This document shows positions 38,001 through 52,269 of a DNA stretch of 64,000 nucleotides, one piece after another. The position numbers were made by a program, and so were the translations under genes. Every line of letters starts with the position of its first letter. The stretch's first letter is position 1. The notes below the pieces were generated by a model. It searched no databases, was not told where the DNA came from, and saw only the letters and a program-made list of their open reading frames with translations. The stretch lies in the NCBI RefSeq assembly GCF_009914755.1, contig NC_060938.1; one strand, 5' to 3'. The stretch is from the human T2T-CHM13v2.0 reference genome, Homo sapiens.

Positions 38001-40268
38001 TCACAGATATCTTAAAATTCACCTGATAAAGTTAGGAGCCTCAAGAAAAATTAGCAGAGGAAAATAATAGGTAGTTACTATTTAGGGTAAACTAAACTGT
38101 TCTAAGGAATAGAAAATAAAAATTCCATGTCTTCAAAAATAATTCTTCCCTCTCAATCTCTCTGAATATCTCATAAGAGTATTCAGGCCACAGAAATAAC
38201 TACCATTTAGCCACTCAGAGGCTTATAGTAGTTCTACTAACTTTAACATTTGGCAACCAAAATTACTCTAAGAATCATCACCCAAGTCAGACAAACAGGT
38301 AAGATAACAAGAAAAAGTGCTTGTATAAGGATTTAAGACTAAGGCTCAGGGACAGCAAATATTCTATTTGCTAAAACTAAGCCACATGCACACACCAAGC
38401 AAGAGAGCCAGGGAAGTGGATAGGCACAGGCAGTCAGTCCACAGAAGAATGAATCAAAGTGCTGAACTTTCATAGAAAAAATCTGTTAAGATTCATGGGT
38501 GGTAAAGAAAATACAAATTAAAATAACACAGGAATGTCACCAGAAAAACCATCAAATTGGTAGCATTTAAAGATAACTATAGGACTTATTGTTTCTAGTG
38601 TTCTCTCATATATTTCTGGTGAAGAATAATTTATTGTAGAGCTTTATGAAACAATCTGACAATTTATATTGCAATTAATTGTACTTATGCCATCTGACCA
38701 AACAATGTAACTCCTAGGCTTTTTGCCTATATGACTAAAATCATATGCACAGTAGTGGTTATTACATTCTTTAGCCCAGTAGCCATTAAATTCCTTGTGC
38801 CCTTAAAACCTAAAAGTTCACAGAGAGAAGACCTCTTACTGACTTGTAGAATCTCAATACTACTTATCTTGAAATTTCAGTAAGTGTTAGGTAAAAGAGT
38901 TCATTTGGGATAATCACACTATGATAGTCTTTAGCTTTTGAATTGGAATCCAAATTTTAGTTTAGAACAGCAAAGTTTGCGCCTAAAGATTTCATGAAGT
39001 AAAAATACTAATTGTGATTACATATCTAAATATTTGCACATCTAAAATTGTCTTTTACTCGTAACCAGAATAAATGATACCTTTTTTTTAAGAAAAAAGA
39101 AGAGTAATCTATCTAGAAAATGAAAAAATTAGGCTAAAATGGTGACTTAAGTAATTTAAATGGATATAGATTTATAAAATTAAACTATTTCTCAATTTTG
39201 AGAGGAAAAAATCAAGGAAATCAAATATACCTTCTCTTTCTTTTGCCAACAGATGTATGCTGTCTTAATTGATGCTTAATGTATTTTTCCATTACATAAT
39301 TTTAATATTGTAATAATTATAACAACAGATACGAAATGAAATTTCTGTATATTTATGAAAAATGCTAAAATTGTAAAGTAATTTAAATATATAGGTTTAA
39401 TTTATTCATATGATTTAAAATTTTATGTCATTTTATTTTATTTCTTAATTATTGCTATAATTAAATGTTAATAAAATGAAGTCTTTAAAAATTCTGATTT
39501 GGCCTTGCAATATGCGATTAGAACACTTGTAAAAATGCAAACATATAAATAATGCAAAAATAATATTTGAAAAATGTAATCGTTCTTAATGTTATTGAAC
39601 ATCCAAAAGTTATTGACGAAGTATTCAGAAGCATTTTAGATTATTGTAAAATATTATTTAAATTATATTTAATTAAAAAATGATATACATTACTCAGTAA
39701 AAAGAAAAATAATCAAGAAAAGCAAAACTGAAAAGATGAAAATGTTTTAATATTCAAGAAGCAATCTTGTCTTTTTTACTGAATTAAGGGCCTTCCCTGC
39801 AATAAAATCGATTATGCTCACATAATAAAGGTATATCTTAATAATTTAAGTGAAGAAATAAAATCTGTCATCACTTTCACTTTCATCTGGAAAATAGTAC
39901 CTCATAAGTTTTTTCTGTTGTAGACTATAAACATAGAAGCAAATTTATTAACTTGGAACTATTATATAAGGTGCATAATGAGAGTTTGTAAAATGGCAAA
40001 ATAGTTTTTTCTAGTCCTATAATCAATTTATCATCAGAATAGCCTCAGACTCTATACAGATTCATTCTATAAACAGTATTGGTGAAAAATCAAATGTGTT
40101 TCTGTTTTCTGTTTGTTTGTTTGAGACTATCATTGTTGAATATACATCAAGCAAAATAGTTAAAGAAAAGCCTTTGGAGTAACGTGGTAAATTCAATAAT
40201 ATGTATATGTGCACACACACAAATACACATCCCAAACAACCACAAGAGGAATAACAAATTTATAACCC

Positions 40269-40557
40269 GGATGGGCGCGGTGGCTCATGCCTGTAATCCC
40301 AGCACTCTGGGAGGCCGAGGCAGGCAGATCACTTGAGGTCAGGAGTGAGACCAGCCTGGCCAACATGGTGAAACTCCATCTCTACTAAAAATGCAAAAAA
40401 ATTAGCCAGGGCGTGGTGGTGCGCACCTGTCAGCTACTCAGGAGGCTGAGGCAGGAGAATCGCTTAAACCCAGGAGGTGGAGGTTGCAGGGAGTGGAGAT
40501 TGCACCACTGCACTTCAACCTGGTTGGCAGAGCAAGACTCTGCCTCAAAAAAAAAAT
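40269..40557 (+). mobile_element. AluSx/Sz
   Basis: GATCACTTGAGGTCAGGAG..CCAGCCTGGCCAACATGGTGAAAC; A-tail. Confidence 0.95.
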
Positions 40558-42119
40558 ATTATTACCAAAAATCTCACTAATTCTGTACGTCAGCATTTAT
40601 TAAAATAAGGATAAGAGAGAGCTACTGTAGATATCTCTAAGAAAATAAATAAATGATTATTGAATGTGTAGTTAATCTTCTTTTTGTTTGCCCATTTCTC
40701 TTTAGAGCCATGCGCATGAATTGCACTTGCGGGCTGGATTACCAAGGGCTTCTCTGAAATGGCAAAGAAAATAATGTTTGATTTCAAAATGCAATAATAG
40801 TAGCTATATGAAAACATGACCTTTGAGAGATTATTCAGCAAATAATATACTTAATGATACTTGTTTTTTAAGAAATAGATATTTCAGAAAATATGGTACT
40901 ACATATGATTGTTGCCAAATCATTCTGTATACTTAATGGTTGTTCAGCACTTTCTGTTTTATAAAGTACTTTCAAATATATCAGTTCAGTTAGCTAGTAC
41001 CCAAATCCTTGATGTAATCACTGTCATATAACATACAAGCAAACTGTGTGTAATGAATCACACTGCAGTTGGAGTACAAGAGTAGGCATCAAGAAAGTGG
41101 CAGGTGTGTCATTTTGAATAAAGGCTGTTGTGGGAAAGGTTCCTTCAGACAGATCCCTCTCCCTAGGTATTTATGTGGTGAGAAGAGCGGGTGGGGTTTG
41201 TGGAGTAGAGTCCGGGGCTTGTGCATCCTTAATTCAAGTAACAGCACTTGAATTAAAGGTTTATCCTAACTATAAAGCTATACATTTTTCTCATGATGTA
41301 TTTGAATATATTCTTTTTAAGGAAAGAAAAAAATATAGTCATATAAATTTTCAGGTCCTGAAGTACATGTATGTCACTTATTGCTAGTCTCTTCTGTATT
41401 TTATGTGAATGCCACAAACATTTTTAAAATTTTAAAGAAGTAAACATATATGCAACATAGATTTTTAAAATGAGATATATGCCGAAACAAGGCTTTGAGG
41501 AGGTATAATGTTCTGAAATGTAATTAGATGACAAATTATTTCTGGTACACATTTCCTAGCACTTATATTTTTCACCCACTCATAAAACAATGTGAAGTAG
41601 GTCATACTGAGTCACCAAATTAAACATTCAAATTATTCTACATCTCCAAAAGTAGCCCATAATTAAAAGGAATTTCATATTGGAATAACTGGACCTAATT
41701 TGCTTATTCATTAAATTGTGTCCAAGTGTAGTCTCTGAATTATATCAATTAGGGAACGAGAAGGCATACTTAAAAAGAGCTGAATTAACAGTGCAAATAA
41801 AGTAACCACTGTGGATACTTTTGAAAATTCTAGTATTAATTTTGTTAGTCAATGCAATGGAAATACATCAGTAGCATAGTAATAAAAAAATTATTTCTTT
41901 TTATAGCATCTTTGATAATTATAAAATTAATAAAGATTTATTATTTAAAAACTGAATAATTCCTACATCATTAAAATCACAAGTAACTCCACTGTCTAAT
42001 TACAAAAACTATTGCGGTTTTTATGTATTTTCTTATCATTTTATTTATTTATAATTGATAGGTGAGTATTAAAATATAGCCTGACATTATTTTATGATTA
42101 ATAGTTTATTTAAAATATA

Positions 42120-43043
42120 TTATATGATTGTCTATTTAAAATTAAGCCTGTTAAAAATAAAACTATTGATCTTTCCTATCCTCTATTCCCAAATTTGCTC
42201 CTCCCAAATTTAAACCCAGGTGAGTAATTCCAACTCTGTTCCTCCCATAGTTCAGGCCAAAACATTGCCAATATCATGGACTTTTGCCTCTAATATACAG
42301 GGTTCAAATATATCTTGTTTGCATAGAACAATTTCAATTTATAATTTACATAGTTTATAGTTTAGAACAGCTTCAGCAATAGTTTACATGATACTTTCCT
42401 CACTAATTTCCCTGTTTTCTCTTTTGCTATGCTGTGGTCTATTTTCACAGATCAGTCAAACTGTTACTGCTAATTCTTTAAAGAGGCGATTGCTTTTCTG
42501 TTTAAAACCCTTCATGGCTGCCAATTAAATAAACAAAGTTCTTACCATTTTCTAAGAAGCTTTATGTGACCATCTCCCCATGGAGTGTGACCTCATCTCC
42601 TCTGCTGTATCACATTGGCATCCTTAGTGGAACCTCATGGGTGCGTTCATACACCAAGGCCTCATTTGCTATTTCTGCTCCCTGAAAATATGTTCTCTCA
42701 ATTATGCTCTTGGCTCATTCTCTCATAACCACTCATTGTATTCAGATGATACCACCCAGTGAGGCTTTCAGCAACCATCTTGTTCAGTATCCAGCACCTC
42801 TTGTGCCCAGAACTCTCTATTCCCCTTCTTTGCCACATTTTTTAGAATAGAACTTAAACCATCTGGCATACAACACATGATACTTTGTGGTATTAATTAC
42901 TGTTTTTCTCCCAACACTGGAACAACAGCTCTGTGAAGCCAAGACATTCTGAATGTTATTTTCACTATTTTTTCCCCAGTCCCTAGAAATGGGCCTAGAA
43001 TATACATAGTAGATGCTCAATAATTTGTTGGGGAACAAATGAA
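42120..43043 (+). mobile_element. L2a 3' portion
   Basis: TCAGGCCAAAAC, TTTAAAACCCTTCATGGCT; terminal ATAGTAGATGCTCAATAATTTGTTG..AATGAA. Confidence 0.8.
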
Positions 43044-44319
43044 AGTTGATCCTCAATAATATTTTATAATGAATAGGCTTACAATTTATGAAAAAGCCAT
43101 AACTTATTTAGCCATCTCCCTAAATTTGCATGCTTTTGTAAGTAATAATATCATGGTTGTGAAAACAATTATGTGTGTATATACATATATGTATATAGTT
43201 ATTTTATGGCAATGATATACATACATGTATAGTCTTCTGTAATATTTACAGGTGCTTTTGTTTTCCTTGCATTATGCAGCATATATGATTTTATAGCTAG
43301 TATTCTGGATGTCCATGAAACATCAATTAAAAAGAAACTAATATTATTAAATAGCAGACCTGTTAAAGTGGTAGTCAAAATATTCTTTCCCCATTATATA
43401 CCTCAGAGATTTCTGATGAACCCTTTTGAAACCTAATAGTGGCTGTAATCATAATAAATTTTTTCTAGATAGTTTTACAAACAATTTTTAATCTTCAAAA
43501 TTCAAGGCTAATGTATGCATATTGAATGATTATGGCATTCATATATAAGCTATGTTTAGAACCAGAACTTACCAGTGCTTATATTTATGTGTAGGTATGA
43601 TAGACAAAGCATAGGAATAACAAGATATCATTAGTTTACTATTTATTAAAAATATGAATAGAACTGGTTTTGCTCTGTAATTTTTGCTATGATAAACCTT
43701 AGCCATGAACATAACCTGCTATTGAGCATGTGCGTCATCCATCTTATGACTCACCAAAAATAGGGAAATGAGTCTAGAACCATCAAAGCAATTGACAACA
43801 GAAGTGAGATTTCAGCTTGGATGCATTTTATTATAAAAGTAGTATAATTATATTCAAGAATTTGTTAACCTTTTATCTCACTAAATAAATTTCAATATTC
43901 ATTATAAATAACAAATTCAAGCATTTAAAATATTATTTATATATTCTTAATTTTTATTGTTTGTTTTAATTACACATGTCAATCCTGTTATGGAATGACA
44001 TCAACATCCCCTTGGCAAGAGGATATTTTTAAATTTCCACATGTACATTTTAAGAGTTTGATACAACCCTATTTATCCATGATTTTCTCTTTCCTATAAT
44101 TAGTAATTTTCACTGTAGAAGACTCACTTATAAAAGTGTATAGTATTATCATATTTGGATGATAAACTAAAATTTTGAAATATTTAGAAGCATTGTTATG
44201 AACTCATTAAAATTATCAGAATCACTTCATATAAAATGATATTTAATATTTTCTTATACATAAATTAGTGACATTGTTTTATACTTTTAATTTAATTTGA
44301 TTATGAAAACTTTCTATGT

Positions 44320-44430
44320 GTTTTTGAATTTGTGTAACCTTAGACAGATTGCTAAGCCCATTTCATCATGCATTAATAGAATAGGATTAGATAATCTCTA
44401 AGGGTCCTTGGCTCTAAGATTATATGATTG
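44320..44430 (+). mobile_element. MIR3/MIRc fragment
   Basis: TGTGTAACCTTAGACA..GGATTAGATAATCTCTAAGGGTCCTT..CTCTAAGATTATATGATT. Confidence 0.6.
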
Positions 44431-46303
44431 TAATTAATGGCACTGCAGATCTTGTAGAGGGACATTAAAATGGACCCATACCTGAAGTTACTTTTCAATT
44501 GAATTAGTACTTAGGGAGTTGAGACAGTAGAAACAAGGAAGGCAAAACAGTCTTTCATAACAGATCATAATAAATTTGCTAATATTATAGAAAGGTCATT
44601 GGAAAGTGTTTGTCCTTTCTTTTTTTTTTAATAGGACCTTCCCATTTTCACTTACAGTTTTGAATACATTTATACATTTCCTTCTTCAAATGTCATTTAA
44701 ATTAAAAGTGTTTCTATTTTCTCCAGATGGAGTTTCAATGCTCGTAAACATTTACATTAGGAGAGAATATAGTACCTATTATCTAACTTAAGTTGAAAAA
44801 GAATGAAACTGTAAAATATATTTACCAAAATAACTAAAGATTTATTTACCTTCGGTAGGCCTCAATTAGTTTACCTTTAAAAAGCATTCATTGATACAAA
44901 TTTTAAAAATCCATGTAACAGACATCAATCAAATGTGATTTTTCTCCAGTTTATTATTTTCTGCCAGGGGAAATAAAATGCAATAATCACATTTTAAATA
45001 TACATCTTTTTAAATGATTCTGTTGTTATACATGATTGTTATTCATATTTTTACTATTATTGAATGCCCCTGTACTGACCTTTCCAATTTGATAGTGCAG
45101 TAAGAAATAAACTTTTTTTTAATATTGAGAATTGGAAATGACCTGGTAATTTCTTTGTACTAGAGACCACTAATTGTGCATATAATGCATTCTTTCATTT
45201 TGTTTAGTAATAGAATCCTAAGTACATATGACCACAAGCAGGAGATTACCTTCTATAGTCTCTTATCAGTGATTAATTTTGATCAAATATAATATGAATT
45301 ATATTATGAGCATAAATTTAAGTTAATCTCCATAAAGGCAAAGCCGATTGTTTTTACATCTCTTCTTACACATTTTACTGTCTGGAATGCAGAAGTATTG
45401 CTGAACTTAGCCATGAGGATGAAACACTAAGATAGGATTATAAAGAGAATACAAGATGAAAATCTCCTGGGGCCCGGGATGAACTCATGGAAAAAACATC
45501 CCCACCAACTCTCTTAATTGTTGGAGAGAAATATAAGACTACAATAAGGGTCACTCCTTATACTCATCATTTTTGAGTTAGAGATATTGACAATTGTATC
45601 AAACTATATATTTTCTCCCACAAGACATTGAGGGACACACTTCTTTTATTCTCCAAAAGTAACAAAAAATGCTTTGGTGTCTAAGTTTTAGCCTGCAAGG
45701 ACTGTCATAGTGTTGTTTTCAAAGACTTACATGTTTTATTTCCTTACCTCACTGCAACTTATAAATTTATCTTCTATGCTAACATCATGATAGCATCTAA
45801 TGGTTCCAAGAGTGAAGATTATCACTAGTTTATGAACCTTTGTATTCCCCAAAAGAGAAAGAGATATTACATAACCAAATTCCAAGTATGATTAACCAAG
45901 ATTTTTCTAAAATTTTCCATCTCTCAATTCTGTCTACTAATTTGAAATAACTGAACAAAATACATTTGCAACATGATAATTCTTCAAACTCGGCTCTTAT
46001 ACCAAGCAGTACTGATGATTGGGGCATTAACAAAACCAATAAAATTGTTTTGCAAAACAAAAACGAAGTGAAAAATATGCTCAGCTTATCTTACACAATA
46101 TTGTTTTCTACATCGAAAATGGCTAGATAACCTTAGAAAAAGTGGCATATACATTATTTACCTAAAAGTTATAGTAATCTGGGTAGAAGCTTAAAGTGAT
46201 CTATCCTGTCATATAGTTGTCATTAACTAGGATATTAATTATTCTTAAAAGGATGCAAAATTTTTCCAAGGGATGTGCATCTGCAGACAGTTTTAGGGAC
46301 TAT

Positions 46304-46810
46304 TGTCAAGAACTGTGAAGGATCTGAGCTTACAAGTTAGCCTGCTTCAGTTTTATGGATGCTGGCAGAAGACACATAACTGTTTGGTCAGAGACAGAAA
46401 GACTTCCATTATTTGCAGCACAGCACAGAGTTGCACGAGCTTCATCTTTGCTCTGGTTCCTGTTTTCCCTCAAGTTTACTGGAGATGATGACAAGGAGTT
46501 CAAGTTGATGCTACACACAGTTTGTGTCATAGATGAAGAACTCCAAGTAAAGGAAACTTAAATCTTTAATAAATGAGCAGTAAGCACACCTGTCTGATGT
46601 TTTCTGTGGAGGAAACACTATCTTCGTTTTACTTGAAAATAAACAAATCTGTTCTCTCATTCATAAATAAACAATATCTTGATCTTCCAGGGCTATCCAC
46701 TATATAAAGATCTTTAAAAAGGAAAACCTGTAATAAATGTGAAGCTAGTGCCTTTCTATTTGCAAGATGCACAGAAATGCCTGAGACCAATTGAAAATTG
46801 CCTGTGAACA
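46304..46810 (-). mobile_element. MER89/MER90-like LTR
   Basis: TGTCAAGAACTGTGAAGG..ACAAGTTAGCCTGC..GGATGCTGGCAGAAGACAC; TG...CA ends. Confidence 0.65.
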
Positions 46811-47154
46811 AATACGCTTCCAGATTTTTAGCTTGCTCTTTTCTAAACATGAAAATTCTCAGAAGGTACGTGTTCTCAAGATTCATGCCATTTCTTTTTT
46901 CCCAAGTTGCTTTATCACGACCATCTTATTTTTCACATTACCAAATAATGCACTTCCCTAAACTATCCAAAATTTTCCATGGTGTTATAGTTTCTAAGGT
47001 ACTGAGAAGAAACTCATAGGTGCAGCATATTTATAAATTGTTTACAAAATAATATTGAATACATATTTTCTCCTTTTCCCTGTCACTAGTAACTTTTTCT
47101 CTGCTTGATTAATTCATATCACATATTTAATAGCCCAATTTATTCAGAACATAC

Positions 47155-47655
47155 TGAGAGGTGAAGCCCGCTGGACTTCCTAGGTGGAGTGGGGACTTGG
47201 AGAACTTTTTTGTCTAGCAAGAGGATTGTAAAATGCACCAATCAGTGCTCTGTAGCTAGCAAGAGGATTGTGAAATGCACCAATCAGCGCTCTGTAAAAT
47301 GCACCAATCAGCGCTCTGTAAAATGCACCAATCAGCAGGATCCTAAAAGTAGCCAATTGCAGGGAGGATTGAAAAAAAGGGCACTCTGATAGGACAAAAA
47401 TAGAACATGGGAGGGGCCAATACGTGAATAAAAGCTGGCCACCCCCCAGCCAGCAGCGGCAATCTGCTGGTGTCACCTTCCATGCTGTGGAAGCTTTCTC
47501 CTTTTGCTCTTCACAATAAACCTTGCTACCGCTCACTCGTCGGGTCCACGTGATCTTTAAGATCTGTAACACGGGAAAGGTCCATGACTCCATTCTTGAA
47601 GTCAGCGAGACCACGAACCCACCAAACCCACAGGCAGGAACCAACTCCGGACATA
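47155..47655 (+). mobile_element. LTR12F-type (ERV9) solo LTR, full length
   Basis: TGAGAGGTGAAGCC..CTGGACTTCC start, ..AACTCCGGACATA end, 4-bp TSD ATAC on both sides, tandem GCACCAATCAG repeats. Confidence 0.92.
47230..47445 (+). promoter_or_regulatory. LTR12 U3 promoter: NF-Y CCAAT array, GATA site, TATA-like GAATAAAAG
   Basis: CCAAT at 47238, 47280, 47304 and 47328, plus GCCAAT near 47352 and 47416; CTGATAGG near 47386; GAATAAAAGC near 47426; AATAAA at 47515. Confidence 0.65.
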
Positions 47656-47659
47656 ATAC

Positions 47660-47885
47660 CACATGGCAGTCTCTGTTCTGAGCATTGATGTGTACAGGTT
47701 ATTTACTTCTCATAAGAACACTGAAAGATAATTGCTACTTACTGGCTCCTTCTTAAGATGAGTAAGCTAGAGATAGATACTCATGATTTGCTCAAGACTT
47801 CAGAACTTGTCTGTGGCAGAGCAGAGATGAGAATTAAATTTGCTAGCCACCATTTCTTGGAATTTAAACACATTGTTACGCCACC
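47660..47885 (-). mobile_element. MIR (host of the LTR12F insertion)
   Basis: ATTTACTTCTCATAAGAACACTG..AAGATGAGTAAGCTAGAG..GATTTGCTCAAG..GTGGCAGAGCAGAGAT. Confidence 0.65.
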
Positions 47886-47967
47886 TCTTAGTATATGTAA
47901 TTAATGACATGCAGTTCACAGAATTATGTTATTTAAATTATATTGGACAGAAATAAAAAAGTTAGTA

Positions 47968-48218
47968 CGGTTGACACTTGAACAACATGAGCTTGAGCTG
48001 TGTGCATCCCCTTATATAGAGATTCTTTTAATTAAAAAAAATCAGCATCTGCATTGAAATGTGGATCAAAATACAGTAGCCACAGGATGAAAAACCCGCA
48101 GATATGGAGGACTGACTTTTTGTATACTCTGGTTCCACAGGATTACTTGAATATGTGCTGATTTTGGTATCCTCTGGGGTCCTGGACCCAATCTCTTGAG
48201 GATATCAAGGGACCACTG
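47968..48218 (+). mobile_element. MER8 (Tigger-derived MITE)
   Basis: CGGTTGACACTTGAACAACA..GGGGTCCTGGACCCAATC..AGGGACCACTG, flanked by TA on both sides. Confidence 0.85.
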
Positions 48219-48599
48219 TATTTTTATTTAAAATGACAAGAGTAGAGAATATATGCAGATATATCCCGAGGAACATCTTTTAGGTATATGCTTTTCTATT
48301 TTAATTCTTCTTAAAAAAAACACACACATCTTAGAACTTACAATGTATCGATACAAAAATGTGGCCATTATTCATGTAGGAAAAGTTTATATACTCCTCT
48401 GGAGGGTAGGAAATGAGATTGCAGTGCACATGGGGTTCTGCCACTCACAGTGTAGGATGTTTCACCATGTCTTCCTGAAATGATTTGCAAATAGTCAAGA
48501 ACAAATGACTGTGGTGATAGAGATGTATTTATTGCTGCCACCTTGTTCCCACTTCACCATTGCATATTTGTACACAGGACACATATTTATTCTTTTAAG

Positions 48600-49137
48600 T
48601 TTAGATTTTACTGAGAAATGAGGACCTTATCTGGACTTCACTGGGAGAATTATGAGTGGCCAGAGATACTACATTTTGAGCTGGATGCCAGACCTTGAAA
48701 GAACTCTGCATTTTTCATTTTGAGAGAAGTCAGTGTGTTTTATAATGGGAGGAAGATTAAAGCAGGTATTTTGGCATCAGAAGGACTGACCTTGACAGAG
48801 ATTGGTGAGGTAACATTATTTCCTTCTTTGGACCACAAGAAAATGCTGTATTTTTCAGCCTCAATTGCAGGTAGGATGAGACCATTTCACTGGTGAATGA
48901 AATGTAGGTAGAAGTTATATTTCCCACTTTTAGACTGAGCTATAAGATACCTCATGCAATGCTTCTCATACTCCTCTTTATATTAAATGCAGAGTATTCT
49001 GTGAAAACGTTTAAGGAATTTCAGAAAGTTAATCCTCTACTGAATTATTATATGAATGAGAAGAAAAAAAATTGTGTTAAGTCACAGATATTTGCAGTTT
49101 GGTTCAGAAACTAATATTAATTGCCCTGACTAATATA
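48600..49137 (+). mobile_element. Old MLT1 (H-J type) LTR with adjacent internal fragment
   Basis: TTTCAGCCTCAATTGCAG, AATGAAATGTAGGTAGAAG, TTGTGTTAAGTCACAGATATTTG..CCCTGACTAATA. Confidence 0.6.
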
Positions 49138-49219
49138 CTGAGATACTGGTGATGATTCTGCAATGACTGCTTTTACAGTGAAAGTGACCACAGTAGCATG
49201 CATGGATAAATTTAAGGTG

Positions 49220-49605
49220 ATAAACATTAGGATTGCTTACATATTTTTTGGCTTCTTCACACACATGGTAGGATATAGCTCACTGCCCTGTTTAATTCAG
49301 TTATGGAATGTGATTTCCTTTTGCTTATTGAAATGTTAGTAGACTAAAGTGTCTGTTTCCTTCTAGAGGCAAAAATTCAGAGCGTGCCTCACAACATTCT
49401 TTTTTTCCTCGACTACAGTAACTTTCAATGTTCTGGAGTGGCTGCTTTGTCCTCTAGATCCTGGTATAAAGGTGACAATGACCCATGAGTAGAATCATAA
49501 GCAACACCAAGGACATGTGAAATGAGCAACTTATGAATGAATTGATATAGGCTCCTGACATTTAGAAATTGTTTTGTTATCACTCAGCTTAGTTTTTCTG
49601 ATGTA
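49220..49605 (+). mobile_element. Old MLT1I-like LTR
   Basis: CACATGGTAGGAT, ATGTGATTTCCTTTTG..TGAAATG, GGACATGTGAAATGAGCAA. Confidence 0.55.
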
Positions 49606-51256
49606 ATTTAATTGCTCTAAGGAAACAGTATCTGCTGTGATTTGTTACTGTCTCTTACTGCCCAGTGGTTGGCAAGGCCAAAAGTTCTAGACATGGCAGT
49701 ATTCTGAGAGTTGAGAGCCAATATATTTTCTTGGCAGTGCTCATGCTCATGGTGCACTTGAAGTTGTGTTGATGCTGCCATAGGAGCACCACAAGCCAAC
49801 CTTGTTTCTTCCATGGTTGCACTCTTTATGTATTCAATTACAGACCTCAGGTGTGTCTGACATGAAATAAACATACGCAGGCATCATGATGGTAATCAAC
49901 TGATTGCTTCAATGTGCTGGTCTTTGTAGGTCTTGAGAGTATCAACCTGGAAAAACAAGCTTTTAACTTTAATAATTTCAGCAAGTTAATATAAAGGGAA
50001 GTTCCACATATAGGTCTGGATCAAGTTTTTCTATGAAGTAGTTGCCAATTAGAAAAGTTTCCTAAACAATTAACCCTAGCAAAAAATTGTGTAAAGATTC
50101 CATTCACTTATTACACAAAACAGTATATTTTATGAGTGCTACCTTCTACTTTGTCCATTAGATAAAAGGTCTCTTCACCCTTCTTTTGTCGTGTTTTGCC
50201 TAAATATTTGGGCATAAAGCTATAACCCATCATTCCCTTTTGAAAACAAAGAATAATAAGCAAAGTAATATAATCTAAACCTGCTTTAAAGTCCAAGTGT
50301 AGTTTATGTTATATGTTCCTGTAATTATTTGTCATCTGTGGCTCAAATCCCTTTTACTAAAATACTTTGCACTTCACCATAAACAAACTTGTGCAAACAA
50401 ACAAGACACAGAAGCGATATAAAACTCCCAAAATCAAGTTACTAAGTTTCAGTAACAAATAAACCTGAATGTATAATTAAATAGATTATAATAATGCTGA
50501 AAATTCTGTATTTTAGGTTCTTTATGATCTAGAGTTCTTCACATGTATGGTTTACTAAAACCATTCCAAGTGCTATATTTCTTGCTAATAAAACCAAATA
50601 ACAATGTTCAGGGTAAATTTTAATGAATTAATGCTTATGATGCAAACTATGCTTTCATCTATTTTATTCAGAAGCACACGATTAATTATACAACAGATAT
50701 TTTATATGAATGTTCAGAGTAAAGACTATTTTTATTTGCTTGAATGACAACATAACTTATTAAATGAATAAATACACGGATTCGTCTTCTCCATCACCAT
50801 TTCAGGCATGTTTTTGTGACATCTACCTTCTTCACCATGAACTCCTTCCTAACCAACCATTATATCTAAAATAAATTATCAGCAAACATAAATAATGTGC
50901 TATTCCAGAACTACCTCACATGAGCTAGATGATGGGAGGCATAATTCATAATAAACAGACCCTACCTTTAAATTCTATAAAGCCACAGCATTTAAATTCT
51001 AACTATGCCACAGAGCAGTAACCTATTCTCCTATTAATTATATCCCATAAAAGCAATATACCTTCACTAATTAATTATACTTGAAGTAACAACTATGGCT
51101 TAATTAAATGAACCATTCCTAATAATGAAACCTTAAAATAATTGGACTCTTCTGTCTAGAGGCAGTAACAATTATTGTCATTGGAAAGGATTTCAAACAT
51201 GGCTATGCTAAGCAAAGCTGATTCATAACTGACATTGAACCTGAGATTTCCTAGAG

Positions 51257-51480
51257 CAGTAGCTCTCAAAACCTTTCGTGAAGGGCCAACTATTAAGTAT
51301 TTTAGAATGTACGTGCCATGTGATCTCTGTCACAAGTACCAGTATTTGCCATCGTAGTGCATAAGTATCCATAAACAATAAGTAAAATAAAAGGATGTCA
51401 CTTTATTCTAATAAAACTTTGTTTACCAAAATGCATCAGTGGCCTGATTAGCTCTGTGCTTTGTAGTTTGATGACCTCTT
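51257..51480 (+). mobile_element. MER58A
   Basis: GAAGGGCCA..AAGTATTTTAG..TCTCTGTCACAA..AATAAAACTTTGTTTAC..TGTAGTTTGATGACCTCT. Confidence 0.75.
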
Positions 51481-51906
51481 ATATAGAATTGAATTATTGA
51501 ACTCATCTCTACTATGTTTCTAGATTTTCTAGTATTGTATTCTAGGTTTCTATCTTTCTCATCTATCCATCTTAATAGTTAAGTTTTACAAACCCTTATC
51601 ATATATAATATTATTTAAATTATATTAATCTGCATTTAACACACATCTTTCTCTATTTTGTAATTTAGCATTTTTGAGCCATTAAAGTTTAAATTACAGT
51701 AGAGATGTAGACATTATGTAAAGGTATATTACTTTATTGTATATGTTCATAAAAGACAATAATGGCCACATTGAAATGACACAATACGATCCACCAAAAG
51801 CAAGTAAGGCAGAGATTGTGTACATAAGTAACCAAGTACAAGTTCTGTCCTTTAAGTGAACCCCTACGTCATTATTATTCCCTTATGGTGGAAATTCCAG
51901 AAGTAG

Positions 51907-52269
<363 letters not shown>

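Noticed and set aside
47180-47662. 160-aa ORF with RALIGAFY repeats; regularly spaced repeats resembling a CRISPR array
   Set aside because: This is the antisense reading of the LTR12 CCAAT tandem units. There are no unique spacers or cas genes, and the DNA is primate.
49617-49874. 85-aa minus-strand ORF in unique sequence
   Set aside because: No recognisable domain, non-ATG start and no processed-pseudogene hallmarks; the length is compatible with chance.
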